A stretch of DNA of 64,000 nucleotides. Source: Plasmodiophora brassicae. Lineage: Eukaryota. Of this stretch, positions 36,501 through 51,500 are shown piece after piece. Position 1 is the stretch's first letter; each line of letters opens with the position of its first letter. The stretch is taken from the NCBI GenBank assembly GCA_036867785.1, contig CP145418.1, positions 1,116,001-1,180,000 of the forward strand. Reading direction: 5' to 3'. The position numbers and the translations under genes were made by a program. The notes under the pieces were generated by a model, which did no database searches, was not told the DNA's origin, and saw nothing but the letters and a program-made list of their open reading frames with translations.

Positions 36501-39500
36501 GTTTACCGTCGCGGCGTCGACGACGATCACGGTGTCGCTGGCGCTGACGAGCTTTTCGGTTTCGTGCGCCGACGTCGTCATCGGCAACGGCGCATCACTG
36601 GCCCTCTCTACTGCAAGCGTGTCGATTTCCAGCACGAGCACGTTGACGATCCAGTTTGGGTGTGCGTCTTTTTCTGGATCCTGTGTCTACTTATCGTGTT
36701 CCGATCTGGCATCCATCACGACGTCGACGTCGTGGAAGCTGATCAGCAAGATTATCACGATCCGGGCGCTGTCGTCCGGCACAGTTGTCGGGTCGGTCGA
36801 GCTGGACGCCCGTGTTTCCGGCAGATTACGTTCAGCGCGTCGTCCGTCTTCGACAGCCTGAATGCGACCGCTGAGGCCGGGCTGGCTGTCAACGCCCCTA
36901 TAACGACTATCGTCGGGCAGCTCGCTCTGATGGCGATTACGATCCGACGTCGGCGGGCGGGACTGCATTCGCCGCCAGCGCCACGCTTTCGGCTAAAACG
37001 AACCCGCTGCCGTGCCCGAGGTCCTGCAGCGCCATCGACGTGGTTGCCCCTGCGACCTGGTCCGCCCAGGGCAACGTCCAGTTGTACACGGGTGTGCGCA
37101 CGACCGGCAGCGGGTCGACGCTCTCCATCCTAGCGGACAGTGCCGCGGCTGGCTCTGGTCAGCTGATCTTCGCTGGCACGGCAAGCATATCGGTTCAAGC
37201 CCCGGTCGTCAGCACGGTCTACCTTCGCGCCAGCGCCATGCAGTGGTCGACAGGGTTCCGGCTATCGGCGTCGTCGGCTACCGTCGTTTCGACAAGAGCA
37301 CGCCGTCGGCGTTCTCAGTTGGCGTCGGCGGTGCCCTGACCGACGCGATGCTGCTGATGGTCACGTCGACAGGTGTTTTGCAGGTCGGTGTCAGCCTGGT
37401 CTGTGATTTGTCGGTTGTCGGGTTTGACGGATCGACAGGTTCGGAGTCGCTGCTCTGCCTGCGGGCTTCGAATTCCGTGACGTTCTCCTCGTCGGCCTAC
37501 GACCGTGTACGCGAACCTGTACGTGTCCACGGCCGGCAACGTCGCTGTCAACACCGCGCTGCACGTGCCGAACGGGTACGTCCAGATCTTCGCGGATAAC
37601 GATGCCAACCTGGCTGGCTCGTTTACCGTCGCGGCGTCGACGACGATCACGGTGTCGCTGGCGCTGACGAGCTTTTCGGTTTCGTGCGCCGACGTCGTCA
37701 TCGGCAACGGCGCATCACTGGCCCTCTCTACTGCAAGCGTGTCGATTTCCAGCACGAGCACGTTGCCGATCCAGTTTGGCGGGTCGTCGTCGTCTGGCAC
37801 CTGGGTCGACATATCGTCGACCGAGAGATCCATCACGACGTCGACGTCGTGGAAGCTGATCAGCAAGATTATCACGATCCGGGCGCTGTCGTCCGGCACA
37901 GTTGTCGGGTCGGTCGAGCTGGACGCCCGTGTTTCCGGCGGGCAGATTACGTTCAGCGCGTCGTCCGTCTTCGACAGCCTGAATGCGACCGCTGAGGCCG
38001 GGCTGGCCGTCAACGCCCCTATAACGACTATCGTCGGGCAGCTTGCCTGGATGGCGATTACGATCCGACGTCGGGCGTGGCGGATTGCATTCGCCGCCAG
38101 CGCCACGCTTTCGGCTAAAAAGAACCTGCTGCTGTGCCCGTGGTCACGCAGCGACATCGACAAGGTAGCCACAGCGCCCTGGTCCGCCCAGGGCAACGTC
38201 CAGTTGTAAACGGGACAGCGCACGACCGCCAGCGGGACGACGCCTCCATCCCATGGACGCGCCGCGGCTGGCTCGGGTCTGGTGTTCTTCGCTGGCACGG
38301 CCGCACATATCGGTTCAAGCCCCGGCCGTCAGCACGGTCTACCTTCGCGCCAGCGCCATGCAGTGGTCGACAGGGTTCCGGCTATCGGCGTCGTCGGCTA
38401 CCGTCGTCATTGACAAGAGCACGTCGTCGGCGTTCTCAGTTGGCGTCGGCGGTGCCCTGACCGACGCGATGCTGCTGATGGTCACGACGACATGTGTATT
38501 GCAGGTCGGGGACACCCTGGTCTCAGATTTGTCGGTTGTCGGGTTTGACCGATCGACACGTTCGGAGTCGCTGCTCAGCCTGCGGGCTTCGAATTCCGTG
38601 ACGTTCTCCACGTCGGCCACGACCGTGTACGCGAACCAGTACGTGTCCACGGCCGGCAACGTCGCTGTCAACACCGCGCTGCACGTGCCGAACGGGTACG
38701 TCCAGATCTTCGCGCATCACGATGCCAACCTGGCTGGCCTGTTTACCGTCGCGGCGCCGACGATCACGGTGTCGCTGGCGCTGACGAGCTTTTCCGTTTC
38801 GTGCGCCGACGTCATCGGCAACGGCGCATCACCCTCTCTACTGCAAGCGTACCGATTTCCAGCACGAGCACGTTGCCGATCCAGTTTGGCGGGTCGTCGT
38901 CGTCTGGCACTCCGTCGACATATCGTCGACCGAGGCGGCATCCATCACGACGTCGACGTCGTGGAAGCTGATCAGCAAGATTATCACGATCCGGGCGCTG
39001 TCGTCCGGCACAGTTGTCGGGTCGGTCGAGCTGGACGCCCGTGTTTCCGGCGGGCAGATTACGTTCAGCGCGTCGTCCGTCTTCGACAGCCTGAATGCGA
39101 CCGCTGAGGCCGGGCTGGCTGTCAACGCCCCTATAACGACTATCGTCGGGCAGCTCGCTCTGGATGGCGATTACGATCCGACGTCGGGCGGGCGGACTGC
39201 ATTCGCCGCCAGCGCCACGCTTTCGGCTAAAACGAACCTGCTGCTGTGCCCGAGGTCCCGCAGCGCCATCGACGTGGTTGCCCCTGCGACCTGGTCCGCC
39301 CAGGGCAACGTCCAGTTGTACACGGGTGTGCGCACGACCGGCAGCGGGTCGACGCTCTCCATCCTAGCGGACAGTGCCGCGGCTGGCTCTGGTCAGCTGA
39401 TCTTCGCTGGCACGGCAAACATATCGGTTCAAGCCCCGGTCGTCAGCACGGTCTACCTTCGCGCCAGCGCCATGCAGTGGTCGACAGGGTTCCGGCTATC

Positions 39501-42500
39501 GGCGTCGTCGGCTACCGTCGTCATTGACAAGAGCACGTCGTCGGCGTTCTCAGTTGGCGTCGGCGGTGCCCTGACCGACGCGATGCTGCTGATGGTCACG
39601 ACGACAGGTGTATTGCAGGTCGGGGACACCCTGGTCTCAGATTTGTCGGTTGTCGGGTTTGACCGATCGACACGTTCGGAGTCGCTGCTCAGCCTGCGGG
39701 CTTCGAATTCCGTGACGTTCTCCACGTCGGCCACGACCGTGTACGCGAACCTGTACGTGTCCACGGCCGGCAACGTCGCTGTCAACACCGCGCTGCACGT
39801 GCCGAACGGGTACGTCCAGATCTTCGCGGATAACGATGCCAACCTGGCTGGCTCGTTTACCGTCGCGGCGTCGACGACGATCACGGTGTCGCTGGCGCTG
39901 ACGAGCTTTTCGGTTTCGTGCGCCGACGTCGTCATCGGCAACGGCGCATCACTGGCCCTCTCTACTGCAAGCGTGTCGATTTCCAGCACGAGCACGTTGC
40001 CGATCCAGTTTGGCGGGTCGTCGTCGTCTGGCACCTGGGTCGACATATCGTCGACCGAGGCGGCATCCATCACGACGTCGACGTCGTGGAAGCTGATCAG
40101 CAAGATTATCACGATCCGGGCGCTGTCGTCCGGCACAGTTGTCGGGTCGGTCGAGCTGGACGCCCGTGTTTCCGGCGGGCAGATTACGTTCAGCGCGTCG
40201 TCCGTCTTCGACAGCCTGAATGCGACCGCTGAGGCCGGGCTGGCTGTCAACGCCCCTATAACGACTATCGTCGGGCAGCTCGCTCTGGATGGCGATTACG
40301 ATCCGACGTCGGGCGGGCGGACTGCATTCGCCGCCAGCGCCACGCTTTCGGCTAAAACGAACCTGCTGCTGTGCCCGAGGTCCCGCAGCGCCATCGACGT
40401 GGTTGCCCCTGCGACCTGGTCCGCCCAGGGCAACGTCCAGTTGTACACGGGTGTGCGCACGACCGGCAGCGGGTCGACGCTCTCCATCCTAGCGGACAGT
40501 GCCGCGGCTGGCTCTGGTCAGCTGATCTTCGCTGGCACGGCAAACATATCGGTTCAAGCCCCGGTCGTCAGCACGGTCTACCTTCGCGCCAGCGCCATGC
40601 AGTGGTCGACAGGGTTCCGGCTATCGGCGTCGTCGGCTACCGTCGTCATTGACAAGAGCACGTCGTCGGCGTTCTCAGTTGGCGTCGGCGGTGCCCTGAC
40701 CGACGCGATGCTGCTGATGGTCACGACGACAGGTGTATTGCAGGTCGGGGACACCCTGGTCTCAGATTTGTCGGTTGTCGGGTTTGACCGATCGACACGT
40801 TCGGAGTCGCTGCTCAGCCTGCGGGCTTCGAATTCCGTGACGTTCTCCACGTCGGCCACGACCGTGTACGCGAACCTGTACGTGTCCACGGCCGGCAACG
40901 TCGCTGTCAACACCGCGCTGCACGTGCCGAACGGGTACGTCCAGATCTTCGCGGATAACGATGCCAACCTGGCTGGCTCGTTTACCGTCGCGGCGTCGAC
41001 GACGATCACGGTGTCGCTGGCGCTGACGAGCTTTTCGGTTTCGTGCGCCGACGTCGTCATCGGCAACGGCGCATCACTGGCCCTCTCTACTGCAAGCGTG
41101 TCGATTTCCAGCACGAGCACGTTGCCGATCCAGTTTGGCGGGTCGTCGTCGTCTGGCACCTGGGTCGACATATCGTCGACCGAGGCGGCATCCATCACGA
41201 CGTCGACGCCGTGGAAGCTGATCAGCAAGATTATCACGATCCGGGCGCTGTCGTCCGGCACAGTTGTCGGGTCGGTCGAGCTGGACGCCCGTGTTTCCGG
41301 CGGGCAGATTACGTTCAGCGCGTCGTCCGTCTTCGACAGCCTGAATGCGACCGCTGAGGCCGGGCTGGCTGTCAACGCCCCTATAACGACTATCGTCGGG
41401 CAGCTCGCTCTGGATGGCGATTACGATCCGACGTCGGGCGGGCGGACTGCATTCGCCGCCAGCGCCACGCTTTCGGCTAAAACGAACCTGCTGCTGTGCC
41501 CGAGGTCCCGCAGCGCCATCGACGTGGTTGCCCCTGCGACCTGGTCCGCCCAGGGCAACGTCCAGTTGTACACGGGTGTGCGCACGACCGGCAGCGGGTC
41601 GACGCTCTCCATCCTAGCGGACAGTGCCGCGGCTGGCTCTGGTCAGCTGATCTTCGCTGGCACGGCAAACATATCGGTTCAAGCCCCGGTCGTCAGCACG
41701 GTCTACCTTCGCGCCAGCTCCATGCAGTGGTCGACAGGGTTCCGGCTATCGGCGTCGTCGGCTACCGTCGTCATTGACAAGAGCACGTCGTCGGCGTTCT
41801 CAGTTGGCGTCGGCGGTGCCCTGACCGACGCGATGCTGCTGATGGTCACGACGACAGGTGTATTGCAGGTCGGGGACACCCTGGTCTCAGATTTGTCGGT
41901 TGTCGGGTTTGACCGATCGACACGTTCGGAGTCGCTGCTCAGCCTGCGGGCTTCGAATTCCGTGACGTTCTCCACGTCGGCCACGACCGTGTACGCGAAC
42001 CTGTACGTGTCCACGGCCGGCAACGTCGCTGTCAACACCGCGCTGCACGTGCCGAACGGGTACGTCCAGATCTTCGCGGATAACGATGCCAACCTGGCTG
42101 GCTCGTTTACCGTCGCGGCGTCGACGACGATCACGGTGTCGCTGGCGCTGACGAGCTTTTCGGTTTCGTGCGCCGACGTCGTCATCGGCAACGGCGCATC
42201 ACTGGCCCTCTCTACTGCAAGCGTGTCGATTTCCAGCACGAGCACGTTGCCGATCCAGTTTGGCGGGTCGTCGTCGTCTGGCACCTGGGTCGACATATCG
42301 TCGACCGAGGCGGCATCCATCACGACGTCGACGTCGTGGAAGCTGATCAGCAAGATTATCACGATCCGGGCGCTGTCGTCCGGCACAGTTGTCGGGTCGG
42401 TCGAGCTGGACGCCCGTGTTTCCGGCGGGCAGATTACGTTCAGCGCGTCGTCCGTCTTCGACAGCCTGAATGCGACCGCTGAGGCCGGGCTGGCTGTCAA

Positions 42501-45500
42501 CGCCCCTATAACGACTATCGTCGGGCAGCTCGCTCTGGATGGCGATTACGATCCGACGTCGGGCGGGCGGACTGCATTCGCCGCCAGCGCCACGCTTTCG
42601 GCTAAAACGAACCTGCTGCTGTGCCCGAGGTCCCGCAGCGCCATCGACGTGGTTGCCCCTGCGACCTGGTCCGCCCAGGGCAACGTCCAGTTGTACACGG
42701 GTGTGCGCACGACCGGCAGCGGGTCGACGCTCTCCATCCTAGCGGACAGTGCCGCGGCTGGCTCTGGTCAGCTGATCTTCGCTGGCACGGCAAACATATC
42801 GGTTCAAGCCCCGGTCGTCAGCACGGTCTACCTTCGCGCCAGCGCCATGCAGTGGTCGACAGGGTTCCGGCTATCGGCGTCGTCGGCTACCGTCGTCATT
42901 GACAAGAGCACGTCGTCGGCGTTCTCAGTTGGCGTCGGCGGTGCCCTGACCGACGCGATGCTGCTGATGGTCACGACGACAGGTGTATTGCAGGTCGGGG
43001 ACACCCTGGTCTCAGATTTGTCGGTTGTCGGGTTTGACCGATCGACACGTTCGGAGTCGCTGCTCAGCCTGCGGGCTTCGAATTCCGTGACGTTCTCCAC
43101 GTCGGCCACGACCGTGTACGCGAACCTGTACGTGTCCACGGCCGGCAACGTCGCTGTCAACACCGCGCTGCACGTGCCGAACGGGTACGTCCAGATCTTC
43201 GCGGATAACGATGCCAACCTGGCTGGCTCGTTTACCGTCGCGGCGTCGACGACGATCACGGTGTCGCTGGCGCTGACGAGCTTTTCGGTTTCGTGCGCCG
43301 ACGTCGTCATCGGCAACGGCGCATCACTGGCCCTCTCTACTGCAAGCGTGTCGATTTCCAGCACGAGCACGTTGCCGATCCAGTTTGGCGGGTCGTCGTC
43401 GTCTGGCACCTGGGTCGACATATCGTCGACCGAGGCGGCATCCATCACGACGTCGACGTCGTGGAAGCTGATCAGCAAGATTATCACGATCCGGGCGCTG
43501 TCGTCCGGCACAGTTGTCGGGTCGGTCGAGCTGGACGCCCGTGTTTCCGGCGGGCAGATTACGTTCAGCGCGTCGTCCGTCTTCGACAGCCTGAATGCGA
43601 CCGCTGAGGCCGGGCTGGCTGTCAACGCCCCTATAACGACTATCGTCGGGCAGCTCGCTCTGGATGGCGATTACGATCCGACGTCGGGCGGGCGGACTGC
43701 ATTCGCCGCCAGCGCCACGCTTTCGGCTAAAACGAACCTGCTGCTGTGCCCGAGGTCCCGCAGCGCCATCGACGTGGTTGCCCCTGCGACCTGGTCCGCC
43801 CAGGGCAACGTCCAGTTGTACACGGGTGTGCGCACGACCGGCAGCGGGTCGACGCTCTCCATCCTAGCGGACAGTGCCGCGGCTGGCTCTGGTCAGCTGA
43901 TCTTCGCTGGCACGGCAAACATATCGGTTCAAGCCCCGGTCGTCAGCACGGTCTACCTTCGCGCCAGCGCCATGCAGTGGTCGACAGGGTTCCGGCTATC
44001 GGCGTCGTCGGCTACCGTCGTCATTGACAAGAGCACGTCGTCGGCGTTCTCAGTTGGCGTCGGCGGTGCCCTGACCGACGCGATGCTGCTGATGGTCACG
44101 ACGACAGGTGTATTGCAGGTCGGGGACACCCTGGTCTCAGATTTGTCGGTTGTCGGGTTTGACCGATCGACACGTTCGGAGTCGCTGCTCAGCCTGCGGG
44201 CTTCGAATTCCGTGACGTTCTCCACGTCGGCCACGACCGTGTACGCGAACCTGTACGTGTCCACGGCCGGCAACGTCGCTGTCAACACCGCGCTGCACGT
44301 GCCGAACGGGTACGTCCAGATCTTCGCGGATAACGATGCCAACCTGGCTGGCTCGTTTACCGTCGCGGCGTCGACGACGATCACGGTGTCGCTGGCGCTG
44401 ACGAGCTTTTCGGTTTCGTGCGCCGACGTCGTCATCGGCAACGGCGCATCACTGGCCCTCTCTACTGCAAGCGTGTCGATTTCCAGCACGAGCACGTTGC
44501 CGATCCAGTTTGGCGGGTCGTCGTCGTCTGGCACCTGGGTCGACATATCGTCGACCGAGGCGGCATCCATCACGACGTCGACGTCGTGGAAGCTGATCAG
44601 CAAGATTATCACGATCCGGGCGCTGTCGTCCGGCACAGTTGTCGGGTCGGTCGAGCTGGACGCCCGTGTTTCCGGCGGGCAGATTACGTTCAGCGCGTCG
44701 TCCGTCTTCGACAGCCTGAATGCGACCGCTGAGGCCGGGCTGGCTGTCAACGCCCCTATAACGACTATCGTCGGGCAGCTCGCCTCTGGATGGCGATTAC
44801 GATCCGACGTCGGGCGGGCGGACTGCATTCGCCGCCAGCGCCACGCTTTCGGCTAAAACGAACCTGCTGCTGTGCCCGAGGTCCCGCAGCGCCATCGACG
44901 TGGTTGCCCCTGCGACCTGGTCCGCCCAGGGCAACGTCCAGTTGTACACGGGTGTGCGCACGACCGGCAGCGGGTCGACGCTCTCCATCCTAGCGGACAG
45001 TGCCGCGGCTGGCTCTGGTCAGCTGATCTTCGCTGGCACGGCAAACATATCGGTTCAAGCCCCGGTCGTCAGCACGGTCTACCTTCGCGCCAGCGCCATG
45101 CAGTGGTCGACAGGGTTCCGGCTATCGGCGTCGTCGGCTACCGTCGTCATTGACAAGAGCACGTCGTCGGCGTTCTCAGTTGGCGTCGGCGGTGCCCTGA
45201 CCGACGCGATGCTGCTGATGGTCACGACGACAGGTGTATTGCAGGTCGGGGACACCCTGGTCTCAGATTTGTCGGTTGTCGGGTTTGACCGATCGACACG
45301 TTCGGAGTCGCTGCTCAGCCTGCGGGCTTCGAATTCCGTGACGTTCTCCACGTCGGCCACGACCGTGTACGCGAACCTGTACGTGTCCACGGCCGGCAAC
45401 GTCGCTGTCAACACCGCGCTGCACGTGCCGAACGGGTACGTCCAGATCTTCGCGGATAACGATGCCAACCTGGCTGGCTCGTTTACCGTCGCGGCGTCGA

Positions 45501-48500
45501 CGACGATCACGGTGTCGCTGGCGCTGACGAGCTTTTCGGTTTCGTGCGCCGACGTCGTCATCGGCAACGGCGCATCACTGGCCCTCTCTACTGCAAGCGT
45601 GTCGATTTCCAGCACGAGCACGTTGCCGATCCAGTTTGGCGGGTCGTCGTCGTCTGGCACCTGGGTCGACATATCGTCGACCGAGGCGGCATCCATCACG
45701 ACGTCGACGTCGTGGAAGCTGATCAGCAAGATTATCACGATCCGGGCGCTGTCGTCCGGCACAGTTGTCGGGTCGGTCGAGCTGGACGCCCGTGTTTCCG
45801 GCGGGCAGATTACGTTCAGCGCGTCGTCCGTCTTCGACAGCCTGAATGCGACCGCTGAGGCCGGGCTGGCTGTCAACGCCCCTATAACGACTATCGTCGG
45901 GCAGCTCGCTCTGGATGGCGATTACGATCCGACGTCGGGCGGGCGGACTGCATTCGCCGCCAGCGCCACGCTTTCGGCTAAAACGAACCTGCTGCTGTGC
46001 CCGAGGTCCCGCAGCGCCATCGACGTGGTTGCCCCTGCGACCTGGTCCGCCCAGGGCAACGTCCAGTTGTACACGGGTGTGCGCACGACCGGCAGCGGGT
46101 CGACGCTCTCCATCCTAGCGGACAGTGCCGCGGCTGGCTCTGGTCAGCTGATCTTCGCTGGCACGGCAAACATATCGGTTCAAGCCCCGGTCGTCAGCAC
46201 GGTCTACCTTCGCGCCAGCGCCATGCAGTGGTCGACAGGGTTCCGGCTATCGGCGTCGTCGGCTACCGTCGTCATTGACAAGAGCACGTCGTCGGCGTTC
46301 TCAGTTGGCGTCGGCGGTGCCCTGACCGACGCGATGCTGCTGATGGTCACGACGACAGGTGTATTGCAGGTCGGGGACACCCTGGTCTCAGATTTGTCGG
46401 TTGTCGGGTTTGACCGATCGACACGTTCGGAGTCGCTGCTCAGCCTGCGGGCTTCGAATTCCGTGACGTTCTCCACGTCGGCCACGACCGTGTACGCGAA
46501 CCTGTACGTGTCCACGGCCGGCAACGTCGCTGTCAACACCGCGCTGCACGTGCCGAACGGGTACGTCCAGATCTTCGCGGATAACGATGCCAACCTGGCT
46601 GGCTCGTTTACCGTCGCGGCGTCGACGACGATCACGGTGTCGCTGGCGCTGACGAGCTTTTCGGTTTCGTGCGCCGACGTCGTCATCGGCAACGGCGCAT
46701 CACTGGCCCTCTCTACTGCAAGCGTGTCGATTTCCAGCACGAGCACGTTGCCGATCCAGTTTGGCGGGTCGTCGTCGTCTGGCACCTGGGTCGACATATC
46801 GTCGACCGAGGCGGCATCCATCACGACGTCGACGTCGTGGAAGCTGATCAGCAAGATTATCACGATCCGGGCGCTGTCGTCCGGCACAGTTGTCGGGTCG
46901 GTCGAGCTGGACGCCCGTGTTTCCGGCGGGCAGATTACGTTCAGCGCGTCGTCCGTCTTCGACAGCCTGAATGCGACCGCTGAGGCCGGGCTGGCTGTCA
47001 ACGCCCCTATAACGACTATCGTCGGGCAGCTCGCTCTGGATGGCGATTACGATCCGACGTCGGGCGGGCGGACTGCATTCGCCGCCAGCGCCACGCTTTC
47101 GGCTAAAACGAACCTGCTGCTGTGCCCGAGGTCCCGCAGCGCCATCGACGTGGTTGCCCCTGCGACCTGGTCCGCCCAGGGCAACGTCCAGTTGTACACG
47201 GGTGTGCGCACGACCGGCAGCGGGTCGACGCTCTCCATCCTAGCGGACAGTGCCGCGGCTGGCTCTGGTCAGCTGATCTTCGCTGGCACGGCAAACATAT
47301 CGGTTCAAGCCCCCGGTCGTCAGCACGGTCTACCTTCGCGCCAGCGCCATGCAGTGGTCGACAGGGTTCCGGCTATCGGCGTCGTCGGCTACCGTCGTCA
47401 TTGACAAGAGCACGTCGTCGGCGTTCTCAGTTGGCGTCGGCGGTGCCCTGACCGACGCGATGCTGCTGATGGTCACGACGACAGGTGTATTGCAGGTCGG
47501 GGACACCCTGGTCTCAGATTTGTCGGTTGTCGGGTTTGACCGATCGACACGTTCGGAGTCGCTGCTCAGCCTGCGGGCTTCGAATTCCGTGACGTTCTCC
47601 ACGTCGGCCACGACCGTGTACGCGAACCTGTACGTGTCCACGGCCGGCAACGTCGCTTGTCAACACCGCGCTGCACGTGCCGAACGGGTACGTCCAGATC
47701 TTCGCGGATAACGATGCCAACCTGGCTGGCTCGTTTACCGTCGCGGCGTCGACGACGATCACGGTGTCGCTGGCGCTGACGAGCTTTTCGGTTTCGTGCG
47801 CCGACGTCGTCATCGGCAACGGCGCATCACTGGCCCTCTCTACTGCAAGCGTGTCGATTTCCAGCACGAGCACGTTGCCGATCCAGTTTGGCGGGTCGTC
47901 GTCGTCTGGCACCTGGGTCGACATATCGTCGACCGAGGCGGCATCCATCACGACGTCGACGTCGTGGAAGCTGATCAGCAAGATTATCACGATCCGGGCG
48001 CTGTCGTCCGGCACAGTTGTCGGGTCGGTCGAGCTGGACGCCCGTGTTTCCGGCGGGCAGATTACGTTCAGCGCGTCGTCCGTCTTCGACAGCCTGAATG
48101 CGACCGCTGAGGCCGGGCTGGCTGTCAACGCCCCTATAACGACTATCGTCGGGCAGCTCGCTCTGGATGGCGATTACGATCCGACGTCGGGCGGGCGGAC
48201 TGCATTCGCCGCCAGCGCCACGCTTTCGGCTAAAACGAACCTGCTGCTGTGCCCGAGGTCCCGCAGCGCCATCGACGTGGTTGCCCCTGCGACCTGGTCC
48301 GCCCAGGGCAACGTCCAGTTGTACACGGGTGTGCGCACGACCGGCAGCGGGTCGACGCTCTCCATCCTAGCGGACAGTGCCGCGGCTGGCTCTGGTCAGC
48401 TGATCTTCGCTGGCACGGCAAACATATCGGTTCAAGCCCCGGTCGTCAGCACGGTCTACCTTCGCGCCAGCGCCATGCAGTGGTCGACAGGGTTCCGGCT

Positions 48501-51500
48501 ATCGGCGTCGTCGGCTACCGTCGTCATTGACAAGAGCACGTCGTCGGCGTTCTCAGTTGGCGTCGGCGGTGCCCTGACCGACGCGATGCTGCTGATGGTC
48601 ACGACGACAGGTGTATTGCAGGTCGGGGACACCCTGGTCTCAGATTTGTCGGTTGTCGGGTTTGACCGATCGACACGTTCGGAGTCGCTGCTCAGCCTGC
48701 GGGCTTCGAATTCCGTGACGTTCTCCACGTCGGCCACGACCGTGTACGCGAACCTGTACGTGTCCACGGCCGGCAACGTCGCTGTCAACACCGCGCTGCA
48801 CGTGCCGAACGGGTACGTCCAGATCTTCGCGGATAACGATGCCAACCTGGCTGGCTCGTTTACCGTCGCGGCGTCGACGACGATCACGGTGTCGCTGGCG
48901 CTGACGAGCTTTTCGGTTTCGTGCGCCGACGTCGTCATCGGCAACGGCGCATCACTGGCCCTCTCTACTGCAAGCGTGTCGATTTCCAGCACGAGCACGT
49001 TGCCGATCCAGTTTGGCGGGTCGTCGTCGTCTGGCACCTGGGTCGACATATCGTCGACCGAGGCGGCATCCATCACGACGTCGACGTCGTGGAAGCTGAT
49101 CAGCAAGATTATCACGATCCGGGCGCTGTCGTCCGGCACAGTTGTCGGGTCGGTCGAGCTGGACGCCCGTGTTTCCGGCGGGCAGATTACGTTCAGCGCG
49201 TCGTCCGTCTTCGACAGCCTGAATGCGACCGCTGAGGCCGGGCTGGCTGTCAACGCCCCTATAACGACTATCGTCGGGCAGCTCGCTCTGGATGGCGATT
49301 ACGATCCGACGTCGGGCGGGCGGACTGCATTCGCCGCCAGCGCCACGCTTTCGGCTAAAACGAACCTGCTGCTGTGCCCGAGGTCCCGCAGCGCCATCGA
49401 CGTGGTTGCCCCTGCGACCTGGTCCGCCCAGGGCAACGTCCAGTTGTACACGGGTGTGCGCACGACCGGCAGCGGGTCGACGCTCTCCATCCTAGCGGAC
49501 AGTGCCGCGGCTGGCTCTGGTCAGCTGATCTTCGCTGGCACGGCAAACATATCGGTTCAAGCCCCGGTCGTCAGCACGGTCTACCTTCGCGCCAGCGCCA
49601 TGCAGTGGTCGACAGGGTTCCGGCTATCGGCGTCGTCGGCTACCGTCGTCATTGACAAGAGCACGTCGTCGGCGTTCTCAGTTGGCGTCGGCGGTGCCCT
49701 GACCGACGCGATGCTGCTGATGGTCACGACGACAGGTGTATTGCAGGTCGGGGACACCCTGGTCTCAGATTTGTCGGTTGTCGGGTTTGACCGATCGACA
49801 CGTTCGGAGTCGCTGCTCAGCCTGCGGGCTTCGAATTCCGTGACGTTCTCCACGTCGGCCACGACCGTGTACGCGAACCTGAACGTGTCCACGGCCGGCA
49901 ACGTCGCTGTCAACACCGCGCTGCACGTGCCGAACGGGTACGTCCAGATCTTCGCGGATAACGATGCCAACCTGGCTGGCTCGTTTACCGTCGCGGCGTC
50001 GACGACGATCACGGTGTCGCTGGCGCTGACGAGCTTTTCGGTTTCGTGCGCCGACGTCGTCATCGGCAACGGCGCATCACTGGCCCTCTCTACTGCAAGC
50101 GTGTCGATTTCCAGCACGAGCACGTTGCCGATCCAGTTTGGCGGGTCGTCGTCGTCTGGCACCTGGGTCGACATATCGTCGACCGAGGCGGCATCCATCA
50201 CGACGTCGACGTCGTGGAAGCTGATCAGCAAGATTATCACGATCCGGGCGCTGTCGTCCGGCACAGTTGTCGGGTCGGTCGAGCTGGACGCCCGTGTTTC
50301 CGGCGGGCAGATTACGTTCAGCGCGTCGTCCGTCTTCGACAGCCTGAATGCGACCGCTGAGGCCGGGCTGGCTGTCAACGCCCCTATAACGACTATCGTC
50401 GGGCAGCCTCGCTCTGGATGGCGATTACGATCCGACGTCGGGCGGGCGGACTGCATTCGCCGCCAGCGCCACGCTTTCGGCTAAAACGAACCTGCTGCTG
50501 TGCCCGAGGTCCCGCAGCGCCATCGACGTGGTTGCCCCTGCGACCTGGTCCGCCCAGGGCAACGTCCAGTTGTACACGGGTGTGCGCACGACCGGCAGCG
50601 GGTCGACGCTCTCCATCCTAGCGGACAGTGCCGCGGCTGGCTCTGGTCAGCTGATCTTCGCTGGCACGGCAAACATATCGGTTCAAGCCCCGGTCGTCAG
50701 CACGGTCTACCTTCGCGCCAGCGCCATGCAGTGGTCGACAGGGTTCCGGCTATCGGCGTCGTCGGCTACCGTCGTCATTGACAAGAGCACGTCGTCGGCG
50801 TTCTCAGTTGGCGTCGGCGGTGCCCTGACCGACGCGATGCTGCTGATGGTCACGACGACAGGTGTATTGCAGGTCGGGGACACCCTGGTCTCAGATTTGT
50901 CGGTTGTCGGGTTTGACCCGATCGACACGTTCGGAGTCGCTGCTCAGCCTGCGGGCTTCGAATTCCGTGACGTTCTCCACGTCGGCCACGACCGTGTACG
51001 CGAACCTGTACGTGTCCACGGCCGGCAACGTCGCTGTCAACACCGCGCTGCACGTGCCGAACGGGTACGTCCAGATCTTCGCGGATAACGATGCCAACCT
51101 GGCTGGCTCGTTTACCGTCGCGGCGTCGACGACGATCACGGTGTCGCTGGCGCTGACGAGCTTTTCGGTTTCGTGCGCCGACGTCGTCATCGGCAACGGC
51201 GCATCACTGGCCCTCTCTACTGCAAGCGTGTCGATTTCCAGCACGAGCACGTTGCCGATCCAGTTTGGCGGGTCGTCGTCGTCTGGCACCTGGGTCGACA
51301 TATCGTCGACCGAGGCGGCATCCATCACGACGTCGACGTCGTGGAAGCTGATCAGCAAGATTATCACGATCCGGGCGCTGTCGTCCGGCACAGTTGTCGG
51401 GTCGGTCGAGCTGGACGCCCGTGTTTCCGGCGGGCCGATTACGTTCAGCGCGTCGTCCGTCTTCGACAGCCTGAATGCGACCGCTGAGGCCGGGCTGGCT